Part shown: piece by piece, positions 19,101 to 31,100 of the stretch
How positions within the stretch are numbered: position 1 is the stretch's first letter
How the letters are laid out: each line of letters begins with the position of its first letter
Origin: Patescibacteria group bacterium
GTDB lineage: Bacteria > Patescibacteriota > Patescibacteriia > UBA11705 > DATKZF01
Length of the DNA: 64,000 nucleotides
Assembly (NCBI GenBank): GCA_049319825.1
Contig: JBMORT010000006.1
Span: 16,012-80,011 of the forward strand
Reading direction: 5' to 3'
Notes under the pieces: model-generated
What the model saw: only the letters and a program-made list of their open reading frames with translations
The model's database searches: none
Told to the model about the DNA's origin: nothing
Position numbers and translations under genes: made by a program

Positions 19101-22100
19101 GAGCAATGTATTCGAATTTAGCTGGAGGTCAGAGCACAGCTATCGGTTCGCAGGCACTTTATAACGCGTTGGCGCCGGGCTACAGCACGGCAGTGGGCTA
19201 CCAAGCTTTATACGCGACCACGACCGGAGATTACAATATCGCCGTGGGAAACCAATCGATGGTAGCCAATACGACGGGCAGCGACAACGTCTCTATTGGA
19301 GTAAATGCGCTGGATTCAAACACTACGGGAAATTACAATATAGCGATCGGCCGCCAATCGCTGCAGGCAAACATTAGTGCCGACTATTCTACAGCACTGG
19401 GCTATCAGGCGCTCTACAGCAATACGGCGTCGAATATCACAGCCGTGGGCGCGCAAGCTTTATACTCTAATACATCTGGTACAGGAAACGCCGCTTTAGG
19501 GTACCAGTCTCTATATTCCAATACTTCGGGAAATAACAATTCCGCCTTTGGTTATCAGTCATTGTTCAGTCATGCCTCTGGTAATGATGGTAATACAGCA
19601 ATGGGATATCGTTCAATGTATTCAATGACCGCGGGAGCGTTAAATACATCAATCGGAACAGAGGCTTTATACAGCGCTTTAAGCACGTCGGGAAATGTGG
19701 CAATCGGTTATCGCGCTGGTTATTTTGAAACCGGAAACAATCGTTTATTTATTGATAACAATTCACGATCTGACGAAGCTACCGGAAGGGTAAGATCTTT
19801 AATTTATGGCGAATTTGCCTCTGCAACCGCCGATCAATTATTAAGAATAAACGGATTGACTCAAATTCAAGGTCATTTGATACCATACCAAGATAATTTT
19901 TATAATATCGGATCCGCAGATTACCGTTGGAATAATTTATATGTGGATGATGCTTATGTGTTAAAAGGAGCGACGAATATCAATTTAGAGTCCAGCGGCA
20001 CCCCAACAACATCTGGAGCATATGCTATTGGAGCCAATGATGAGTTTACATACTCAGATTCGACTAATGTTCAGGATGTTCTAGATGATTTGGATGCAGC
20101 ATTGGCTTCCGCCGGCAGCAAATGGACGGATGCGGGAGACTTCACTCACTTAACCTCAACAATCGATGACGTGGTGATCGGCGCGTCAACCACTGAAGAC
20201 GCGGTGTTCTGGTTTGATGTAACGGATAACGCGGAAAAGTTTTCAATTGACGCGTCATCGGACGCGCATACCACCGCCGCGCTTGATATTGATTTTCGCG
20301 GCGATGCCAATAATTTAAAAGTGGTTGATATATATGCCGGATCAGCCAGCGGTCTATCTGCCAATTCATTTCTGTTCGGACAATCAATTACTTTAGGATA
20401 TAACGCCGGTGACGCGGCGGGCACTTATCGAATCGCCAACAATGTTGACGTGAACGGCACTAACGCTACTTCAGATATAATTGGATACGCTTTTTTCGAT
20501 AATACTCAAACCGGACAAGATGGGTTATCCGGTGTCGGGTCGGCGACCGGAGCTTATTCGCTGATTTCTCATTCCGGCAGCGGCAGTTTGACCGGTTTTC
20601 AAAATTATTTGTGGCACACGGGCAGTGGCAGCGTTACCGGATTCGGCGGATCGACATCTAGTTCCGGCAGCGGCACAGTTTATGCCGCCAACCCGCAGGT
20701 TTATGGTTTGTCCGGATTTTCCGGTTCGCTTTACGGCTATCGAACATCCATGACCAACAGCAGCGGTTCTACACAGAACATGCTGGGTTTTGATATAAAT
20801 GTGACCAATAATGCCGGCGCTTCGGCCGACAGTTTATGGGGAGGCAAAATAACGGTAAAGGCTTCGGGGACGGAAGATACCGCCGCTTACGGATTGCAGG
20901 TGGTTTCCGATACTGATTTAATTGATAGTTTGATTAATTTGGCGGTCGTCAACGGCGGCTCGGCCGGTTATGGTTTTGATATGAATGGCGCGACAATCGC
21001 GACCGCGGATATCAGATTGTCCAACGGATCAACAATAGATAATCTGACATCAACGGTCGTTGCTTTCAGTGACGGTATCAGAATCGGAAACACTGCGGAC
21101 ACCACGGCCGGAAACATCCGCTGGTCCGGCGCGGATTTTGAGGGCTATAACGGCGCGGGTTGGCAGAGCCTGACATCCGGCGGCGGATCACTCTGGACAG
21201 ATGCCGGCACATACACTTACCTGACGGCCACGCAGGATGATTTGCTCGTCGGTTCAAGTAATAATGCCAGCCGGCCGCTTTATTTCGATGTCAGCAACAT
21301 GTCGCTGGAAATCGGATCGGGCGACACGTTAAACGCCCGGCTTTATATGTATTCGCAGGATGGGGATTCCGGATTGATCGAATATGCCGCTTCGGATCGA
21401 TTTGAATTTTACGATCAGATTTGGGTTCAGGGTTATATTGATTTCGATAACGCTTCCGCCGATACGGCTGTCGGTTACGTGGCTCTGAATTCCAATACCA
21501 CCGGCACCGATAATTCGGCTTTCGGTTACCAAGCGCTCGTCAGCAATACTACGGGTTCATATAATACCGGCATCGGCGCATCCTCATTGATCAGCAACAA
21601 CACCGGATTGGCTAATACGGCCTTGGGAGCTTCTTCATTGTTCTCCAATCAAGGAGGGTCGAATAATACCGCCATCGGCGTCAGCGCCTTATATTCGAAT
21701 GTTTCCGGTGCCAGCAATGTGGCGATCGGTTCCGGTGCTCTAGGTGCGAGCGTCGGAGAAGATTATAATGTGGCCATCGGCGCGGCCGCGCTGGCTAACA
21801 GTTCCGGCGGTACCGCCAACTCGGTAATCGGTTTTCAGAGTTTAACCAATAATATAATTGGAGATTATAATTCCGCCTTGGGTTATCGGTCTCTTTATAA
21901 TGCCACCGGCGATTATAATGTGGCTATCGGTTCTGACTCATTATTTTCGAACATTAACGGAGACAGCAATATCGCCATCGGCTCATACGCCGGATACCAT
22001 GAAACGGGCAGCAATACTTTATATATAGACTCTATTTATCGCTCTAATGAGGCTGATGGCCAGGTAAAGTCGCTAATCTATGGAGAATTCGCCTCAGCCA

Positions 22101-25100
22101 CAGCCGATCAATTGTTCCGAATTAACGGCAATATGGAGGTTCAGGGAAACCTGTCGCCATTGGCCGATGACGTTTATAATCTGGGCTCAGCCGATTCCAG
22201 ATGGGCGAATTTATATCTGGGCCCCGCGTCTTTATACATCGGTCAGAATGGTAATGATTATTCCATTTCTTATAACACCGGATCCAGCGCGTTGGTATTC
22301 AATGAGTCGGGAGCGGATCGGGACATCAGGATTGAAGGCGACACCGACACCAATCTGTTTTTCGTGAATGCCGGCAGCGACCGAATTGGCATTGGATTAA
22401 ATAATCCGGCGGAAAAATTGGAAGTCAGCGGCGCGATCAAGCTGGGAACAACTTCAAATACCAATGCCGGCACCATCCGCTGGACCGGCGCGGATTTTGA
22501 GGGCTATGACGGCGCGGGCTGGCAGAGCCTGACATCCGGCGGCGGATCCTTATGGACGGATGTTGGAGACTTCACTCACTTAACCTCGACAATCGACGAC
22601 GTCGTGATCGGATCAGACGCGACCGAAGACGCAGTATTTTGGTTTGATGTTACCGATGGGGCCGAAAAATTGACCATAGACGCTTCAAGCGATGCTCATT
22701 CATCCGCTGTCGCGTTCGACGTTAATTTTCGAGGGAGCGCGAACAATTTGAAAGCCGTGGATATTTACGCCGGTTCTTCAGCCGGGTTGACCGGCGCGTA
22801 TAATAATTTAATGGGACAAAACATCACCGTCGGTATAAATGCCGCGGATCAGGCCGGCACCATGCGCATCGGCAGCAACGTCAATATCGATGGCACCAAT
22901 GCCACCGCTGATGTTGTCGGCTATACTTTTTGGGATTTCGTTGACACCGGTCAAGGCGGCTTTACTGGCGTTGGATCGGCCACTGGGTTATATCCAATAA
23001 TGAATCATACCGGTAGCGGCAGTTTGTACGGAGTGAATAATTACTTAAGACATTCGGGATCGGGCAGTCTTTACGTTTCCGCCGCGCAAGCGCTGGGAGC
23101 CTCGGGATTCACCGGTTCCTTATACGGAAATTCATTGACCATGGTCAATCAAGCCGGGAGCAACGCGCAAAACATAATGGGGTTTGATCTTAATGTCACC
23201 AATTCGTCTTCGGCCACCGCAGACAGCGTTATCGGCGGCAAGATAACGGTCGACGCCTCCGGCGCGGAAGATATCGCGGCTTACGGATTGCAGGTAGTTT
23301 CCAAAAACGCGCTGGTAGACAGTTTTATCTATTTGGCGAGCCAAACCGGCGGCTCCGCCGGCTACGGCTTGGATATGAACGGCGCGACAATCGCCACCGC
23401 GGATATCAGATTGTCCGGCGGATCGACAATTGATAATTCGACGTCAACGATAATCGCTTTCAGCGACGGCATCAGAATCGGAAACACTGCGGACACCACG
23501 GCCGGAAACATCCGCTGGTCCGGCGCGGATTTTGAGGGCTATGACGGCGCGGGCTGGCAGAGCCTGACATCCGGCGGCGGATCCTTATGGACGGATGCCG
23601 GAGCGTTTACATATTTAACCGCCACCACCGATGACATGGTGGTCGGCTCGGCCGCCACTTCGGACGCGGAGCTGTGGTTTAATGTCAGCGGCAAGAGATT
23701 GACTATCGGATCGGGGTATGTTGATTTCGATTATGGAACCGGCACGGACAACGTGGGCATCGGCAGCAATACTTTAACGGCGATCACTACAGGAAGTTAC
23801 AATATCGGCATCGGCACCGGCGCCTTGCAGGCGGCGACGGATAATAATGGCCTGACCGCTGTCGGTTATCAGGCGTTATATACGAATTCATCGATCGGAA
23901 CAAATAATACCGCTGTTGGTTACAGAGCATTATATCTTAATAACGGCGGTGATTTTAACACCGCGCTTGGATACGAAGCGCTTGATGCCAATGTGAGCGG
24001 GTCAAATAGTGTGGCGATCGGGTACCGCGCGCTTACCAATAGCACCGGAAGCGGAAATGTGGCGGTCGGTTCCGAGGCGCTGTTATCCGCCGTCGGCTCA
24101 ACCAATATCGTCGCGATTGGATATGGCGCTGTTCAGGATCTCACATCGAACGGAGAAGTTGTCGGCGTAGGATATAATTCGCTGGCAAACGCGACTGGCG
24201 CCGGAAACACGGCAATTGGATACATCGCCGGACAAGGAAACGCCGCGTCGGCTACAGGGACGGCCAACACTGCTGTGGGCAGAGGCACATTATCGTCTTT
24301 TTCAACCGGAAATAATAATGTGGCTGTTGGGTATAACGCGTTGGATCAATTGAGTACCGGTACTTATAATATTGCCCTCGGCACCAATGCTTTGGGCGCG
24401 GCGGTGACCGGAAGCAATAACATTGCTATCGGCAACAGCTCATCACTCTTAAACACGTCCGGGATTGATAATATCGCTTTAGGATTTTTCGCGTTAAGCA
24501 CTAATACCGCAGGCCAGGGGAATGTCGGAATCGGACGCAATTCTTTAAGAAACGGCACTGGCAGTTATAATGTTGCGCTGGGCTATGAAGCTGGTTATCG
24601 GGAAACTGGCAGCAATACATTATATATAGATAATCAGGACAGAGGCAATGAAGCCTCTGGCGAGGCCGAATCCTTGATTTATGGCGTGTTTGATAATGTC
24701 GTGTCCAGTCAATTATTCAGGATAAATGCTCCAACGCAAGTTCAGGGAAACTTAATTCCATATCATGATAATGTTTATAATTTAGGCAGCCCAAGCAACC
24801 GCTGGAACAATATTTACACCGACAGAATGATTATGAGTTCCAATGCCGATCTCTATTTTGACGGCACCGATATTTTCTTCAGGAATTTTGAAACCAATGG
24901 AGACATCACCTTGGACGCGACCTCAACCGGCACCGGCAATGTCATTGTCGTCGCCGATAACTGGGCGGTCAACAGCAGCGGCAACATGTCCATTAACGGA
25001 GACATGACCGTGACCGGCGGAGATTTGAATCTTTCATCGGATATCCGGCTGCATGTCAGCGGCGATGATTTGCAGATTCAAAACGCTGCCACTGGCGGAG

Positions 25101-28100
25101 ATATATATTTGGATCCGACATACAACGGCTCCAGCGGATTCGTTTTTGTCAGCGGTGATTTGATGCCGGTTTACGATGATACTTTTGACATTGGATCCCC
25201 GGATCTGCGCTGGCAGGACGGATATTTTTCCGGGCAGGTTTATGTCGGCAATACATTAGAAATTTCAGATGATGGATTTTACGATACTGATAGCGCCATC
25301 GGTTTTTTCCCCGATGGACAGCTGACCAGAGGGTTGGCAATTACCGACGATGTGACTGTGGGTTTGGCTATTACCACCAATGCCAGCACAAATTTGACCA
25401 TTTTGCCAAACAACGCCGATTTGGACGTGCGTCCGACAGCTAATAGCACTGACTTTTTTCAAGTGCAAAATGCCGCCGGCACAGCGATATTTAACGTTGA
25501 CAGCTCCAATTCACGAGTCGGCATCAATACGGCCGCGCCGGATTACGCGCTGGATGTCGCCGGATCTGTCGGCATGGACGATTATATATATCATAACGGC
25601 GACAGCAATACGTATTTGGGATTTTCCGCGGACGATACGCTGGTGGTTTATTCTTATGGGGTGAAGTTGATGGAATATTACAGTTCCTCGGCTTTATCCA
25701 ATTCCGTCACCGGTAACCCCGATAACAATCGGGTGAACTTCGTTTGGGACGGGGACACCAACGACAGTCTATTCCGCATCGCCGCGCTTCAGGAGCAAAT
25801 CGGCATTGGCGCCACCGGCGGCGCGGCCAGCATGGACGGCAAGCTGGTCGTTTATCAGACAGCGACCGCTGATATATTTAATTTGTATGATGGGTCGGAT
25901 AATGTTTTCACGGTGACTGACGGCGGCAATGTCGGCATCAGGCAAACCTCGCCAGCCAGTGATTTTGAAATATTGTCAGACAACAGTACCACGGGCGCGA
26001 CAATGCAGCTCAGACGAAACGATGGCGCCGTGCTTGATGGAGATGATTTGGGATATTTGTATTTTTCAGGATTGGATAGCGGCGACACACTCAACGCCAC
26101 TGGCGCGTACATAAAAGCTGAGGCCACAGATACCTGGGGCGACGCATCCGATCCGGATGACGCGCCGACAGCTATGCATTTTTATACCCAAAACGACGGC
26201 ACTGGCAATAACATGACTTTCCCGATGATGACGATATATGAAGATATCGGCGTTGGCTTATTGCTTAACGGCAATTTGCCGCAGGCGACTTTTCACATGG
26301 AAACCAATAAAAACGGCTATGGCATCCGGATGGAAGAGTATCTCGGCGGCGGCGCCGGCGATTACTGGGAATGGGGAGTCAACGCCGCCGGTGATTTGAA
26401 TTGGAACGACAACGGCACGACCAGAATTTCATATAAAAACGGTGGCGATGTGGGCATCGGCACCAGCGGGCCCGGCGCTAAATTGGAGATTTATGATAAT
26501 GACGATGTCGGCGTGGCATTGGAAGTCAATAGCGACGAGTCGGATACGGCCGCGCAAAATGTTTTTCAAATCAGAACTGATTATAATGCCGCCGATGATT
26601 TGGTGTTTGTGGTCGATGCCGATGGCACGGTCCGAAACGATAATGGCACCTACACTACCGGCGCCGACTACGCGGAATATTTTTGGACAGCTGACATGAC
26701 TTTGGCCACGGCCGACGTGGTTTGCATCGATCCGACGCACAATAACGCGGTTTCCAAATGTTCCGGCGCCAATGACGCCAATATTTTGGGCGTTGTTTCC
26801 ACTAACCCGGCCTTCATCGGCAACGCGGGATCAAACTGGATATTTGACGGTGATCCGAATTATGTGATCATCGGTTTGGTCGGTCAAGTGCCGATTCGGG
26901 TCAGCAATGAAAACGGCCCGATCAGCGTTGGCGATTATTTAACGTCTTCGTCCACTCCGGGCGTGGCCATGAAAGCCGACCCCGGCAGCCCGACAGTCGG
27001 TATCGCCATCGAGCCGCTGACGGCGGGCGCCGGCATCATCAAAGTCGTGATTTCCAGAAATAACGGCAGCAATACTTTCTGGGCTGCCGGCAACAATGGC
27101 ATTTATCAAAACAATTTGCCAACGATTATCGGTCCGGATGCCGCTTTCAGCTATGTGCAGAGCGCGGCCGCCGGAGATCTGCAGATCGCCGATGATTTTG
27201 AAGCCAGAGGCGACGGCTATGTCGGCGCGAATATGATTGTCGGCGCTTCGACATCGGCCGCGGAGACATTGGCTAACGCCGGGTTTGCGATGAACGGCAA
27301 TGATTTGTTTGTGGCCGGCGATGCGGGCATTGAAGGCAATATTTATACTGACGGCTCGTTTATCGCCGGACCGGGTACCACCACTTACAGCGACGGCTCG
27401 ATTACTTCGACAAATACGATGACCATCACTTCAAATACCGGAGACCTGACGCTCGACTCTGGTTCCGGCACATTGAAGCTCGGCGCCGGCACGAATGCAA
27501 TATCAAATTCTGATGCGGGCGCAGATTTAACATTAAATTCGAACGGAGACATCAATTTCTTCAATTCAAATAATTCAATTGATTCCGGCGGCAATTTGAA
27601 TCTGGCCGGCGATATTAATATCGGCGGATCGCTAGTCGTTAATGATATGAGGCTGGGAGATATCGACATCGCTAACGGCGCAATAGCCAGCACGGGCGAT
27701 TTGACCATCGCTTCTGGCGCCAGCCAGGATCTGACGCTTGATTCCGATTCGGGAACGCTCAAGCTCGGCGCGGGCACCAATGAAATCTCCAATACTGACG
27801 CCAGCGCGGATCTGACCATCAAATCCGAAGGCAACATCAATTTCTTCGACGCCAATACATTCATTGATAAAGACGGGAACCTGACTCTGGCCGGCCAGCT
27901 GCAGGCGGCCATGGATGTTATCGCTCAGCAGAACGTGATTATAAAAAATCAGCTTGAGGTGGATCAAATCGCCGCTGATGATCGGCAAGAAATCACCGTC
28001 ATGGACGAGATGGTTTTTGAGCAGGGATTAAAGGTCTCGGCCAAAACGGACACGACAGTCGCCGGCACGCAAGTCAACGTCGCCGGATTCGGCAATGCCA

Positions 28101-31100
28101 ACAACCAGACATCGCGCGCGGCCGCGGTTTACAACGGCAAGCTTTATGTCGGCACATACAACACTTCAAACGGAGCCGGGCTTTGGGCATACGACGGTTC
28201 GAACTGGGCATCGGTTGATACTAACGGCTTTGGCAATGCCAACAATACTTCAATTAATTCAATGATCGCCTATGGCGGCGGTTTAATCGTGGGCACGAGA
28301 AATACGAACAAGGCCGAGGTTTGGATATGTGACGATACGGATACTTGCTCGCAGCAAAATTTAGGAGCGACTTTTGACGGTAATAACGACGCGGCGCAGG
28401 CAATGACCGTTTATAACGGCAAATTATTCATGGGCACGGACAATGCCATTGATAACAGTGAAATTTGGCAGTTTATCGACACCAATAATTGGTTAATGGC
28501 CGATAACACCAACGGGTTTTTAAGCACGTATCAAAATGACGCCTTGACGGCGCTGCTGAGCATTGGCTCACAGCTTAATAATGAAGGATTATTGGCCGGT
28601 ACCAAAAATAACAGCGGCGCGCAGATTTGGCGAAGAGGATCAAATTTCACCTGGACCAGAATCGATAATAGTTCATTCGGCGATATCAATAACGTGGAGG
28701 TGATGGCCATGACCGCATATAACGGTCAGGTGTTCGCCGCCACCAAAAATTCCAGCGGTTGTCGAGTTTATAAACAGCGAGAAGAAAGCACCAGCTGGGA
28801 CGCGGCCGGCAGCGCGGGATTGATAAATTCGGCCTATACCGAATGTCGTTCCATTGTCGTCTATAATGGCGATTTGTACGCATTATTAGGCAAGACTTCG
28901 GGCGCGGGCATGGCCGTGGCCAAATATAACGCTATGGCCAACAGCTGGTCCGCGGTTTATACCAATGCCAGCGACCTGGCCGGTTATTGGTTGCAAACAT
29001 TCGGCGAAAAGTTGTATTTTGCCGCTGAAAGCTCCGGTCAAGTGAAAGTATTTGAATATAATGAAAATAAGAATCTGTCCCAGTCGATTGAATTCATGGC
29101 CAATGGCGAAACGGCCGCCTTATACTTTAAATCCGACGCGGCCGGCGACGCCAATATCGGCCAGCAATCGGCGGGTGCGTTTATCATGACCCATACGTTG
29201 ATCACCAATTCCGGCGCTTATGACTTGGCCGAAGATTGGCCGACGGAAGACCCGGGGATCGAAGCCGGCGACGTGGTGGCCGTTGACCCGTTCAATAAAG
29301 CCCACGTGATCAAGGGTTCGAAAGATAACAGCGCGGTGGGCATAATTTCCACTGAACCGGGCTATATTTTGTCACAAAAAGCCGATGGTCGAATTTACCG
29401 TCCGGTGGCTTTGGCCGGCCGGGTACCGGTAAAAATAAGCAATGAAAACGGGCCGGTTAAGGCGGGAGATTTATTGACACCGGCGTCAATACCGGGTTAT
29501 GCGATGAAATTGATCGGATCCGGGCCGGTGATCGGCAAAGCTTTGGAAGATTACGATTTCAGCGCCGCCGGCGATTCGTACGAGGTATCCCAAGAATTGC
29601 AATCCGCGGCTCAGCAATTTGACGAAATCGCGGAAAATACGATGAAGCTGGTTGAAAATACGGAAGAAGTGGTCAGCTCTTTAAATCAGACCAAGCAAGA
29701 ATTATTGAGCATTGAAAATAATCAGGAATTAACAGCTCAAGAAAAAGACCAGTTGATCAATGAACTATCCGGGGAAATAGAAAATGTGGCGGTCGCTTTG
29801 GAAATAGATGATCAGGCCATTACCGACATCAGCGACAGCGCCGATATCGTTGATGTACAAAATCAAATAATTGAAAAGGCCCAGGAATTGGAGAATCAGG
29901 CGATGCAGGCGGAAATCGCCAAGAGCCAACTGATTCAGCCCATGGCCAAAGATCCGGGCAAGGGCAGAATTATGGCATTGGTGATGAACAGTTATTATTT
30001 TGAATCAACCGACGGCCAGACAGCCGGTCAATTGGCCGCTGGTTCGGCGGCCATCGATCCGCAATCTGTCGCGAGCGTTGACTTCGCTGAAATATTAACT
30101 GTTGCCGGCGATGGAGCGATTGAATTGGCCTCGAGCGTCAGAATATACGGCGATTTATATGTTAATGGCAATTTGGTGGTGACCGGCGATATCGATCTGG
30201 CGGGTAATTTAAAAATCGGAGATAAAATATATATATCCAATCAAATGTCCGGCACGGCGCTGATCGCCTCCGCGGACGCGACTGCGGTCGAAGTGAAGTT
30301 TGATACTCCATACGAAGAAATACCGAGAATCACCGTCACGCCGGAACTGCTGGGATTAACGGCCGATGAAAATATATTTGATGTTTGGGATGGTCGGTAC
30401 ATCATTACCGATAAATCGACTGAGGGATTTACCATTAATATCGCCAACGCGCTTTGCGTGTCCGCCGGCGCGTCAGCTGATGTTGTCGGTTGTCAGCATC
30501 ATTTAAGGTTTGATTGGGTGGCGTTTGGAGTTGTTTCCGATGAAGAATCGCTGGCGCAGATGGTCGAGATGACCGCCAAACCGGCCAGTACCGATAAAGA
30601 GCCGCCATCGATTGACCCTGCGGTCAAAGTAATCATTCGAAACGGCGCCAATTTAGACACCACCGATATCGGCAACAGCTTGATTGGCCTGGGATACGCT
30701 GTTTACAAAGGCGCCGACACGATCAGTTATTACTCCACCTCCAGAATATTGGTGCTGAATTCGCAGCTGTCGCCGTCCGTGCTCAACGAAATTAGGTTCT
30801 TAATCGGCGGTGAGATAGAGTACGCCTCAGCAGCCGGTGAATATGGCGATAGCGACGTGGTAATTTTCTTGGGAGAGGATTTAACCAAAGATGTGTTCAC
30901 CTACGATCAGCAGAAATTATTGGATTCAAATATAACCGACGAAATCCCACCGCTGCCCGCACCGATCGCCGAAACGGCGTCGAGCGACGACACGTTGTCC
31001 GAACAAGCGAATAACGATCAACCCATTCTCAGTGCGGCTGACGGGGCGGTTGAAGATGAAGAAACGCCGATCAATGTCGACGGTCAAATTTCGGATTCGA

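Noticed and set aside
9483-19450. CRISPR array or DGR template/variable repeat pair
   Set aside because: No regularly spaced short direct repeats with unique spacers occur anywhere. The in-gene repeats are protein-module duplications (510 bp) or a 20-mer. No reverse transcriptase or A-specific mismatch pattern is present.
27385-27988. 175-aa and 118-aa minus-strand ORFs (and many others) inside the giant gene
   Set aside because: They are antisense to a continuous 15-kb ORF with a clear repeat-protein signature. Repetitive Gly/Asn/Thr codons produce open antisense frames.
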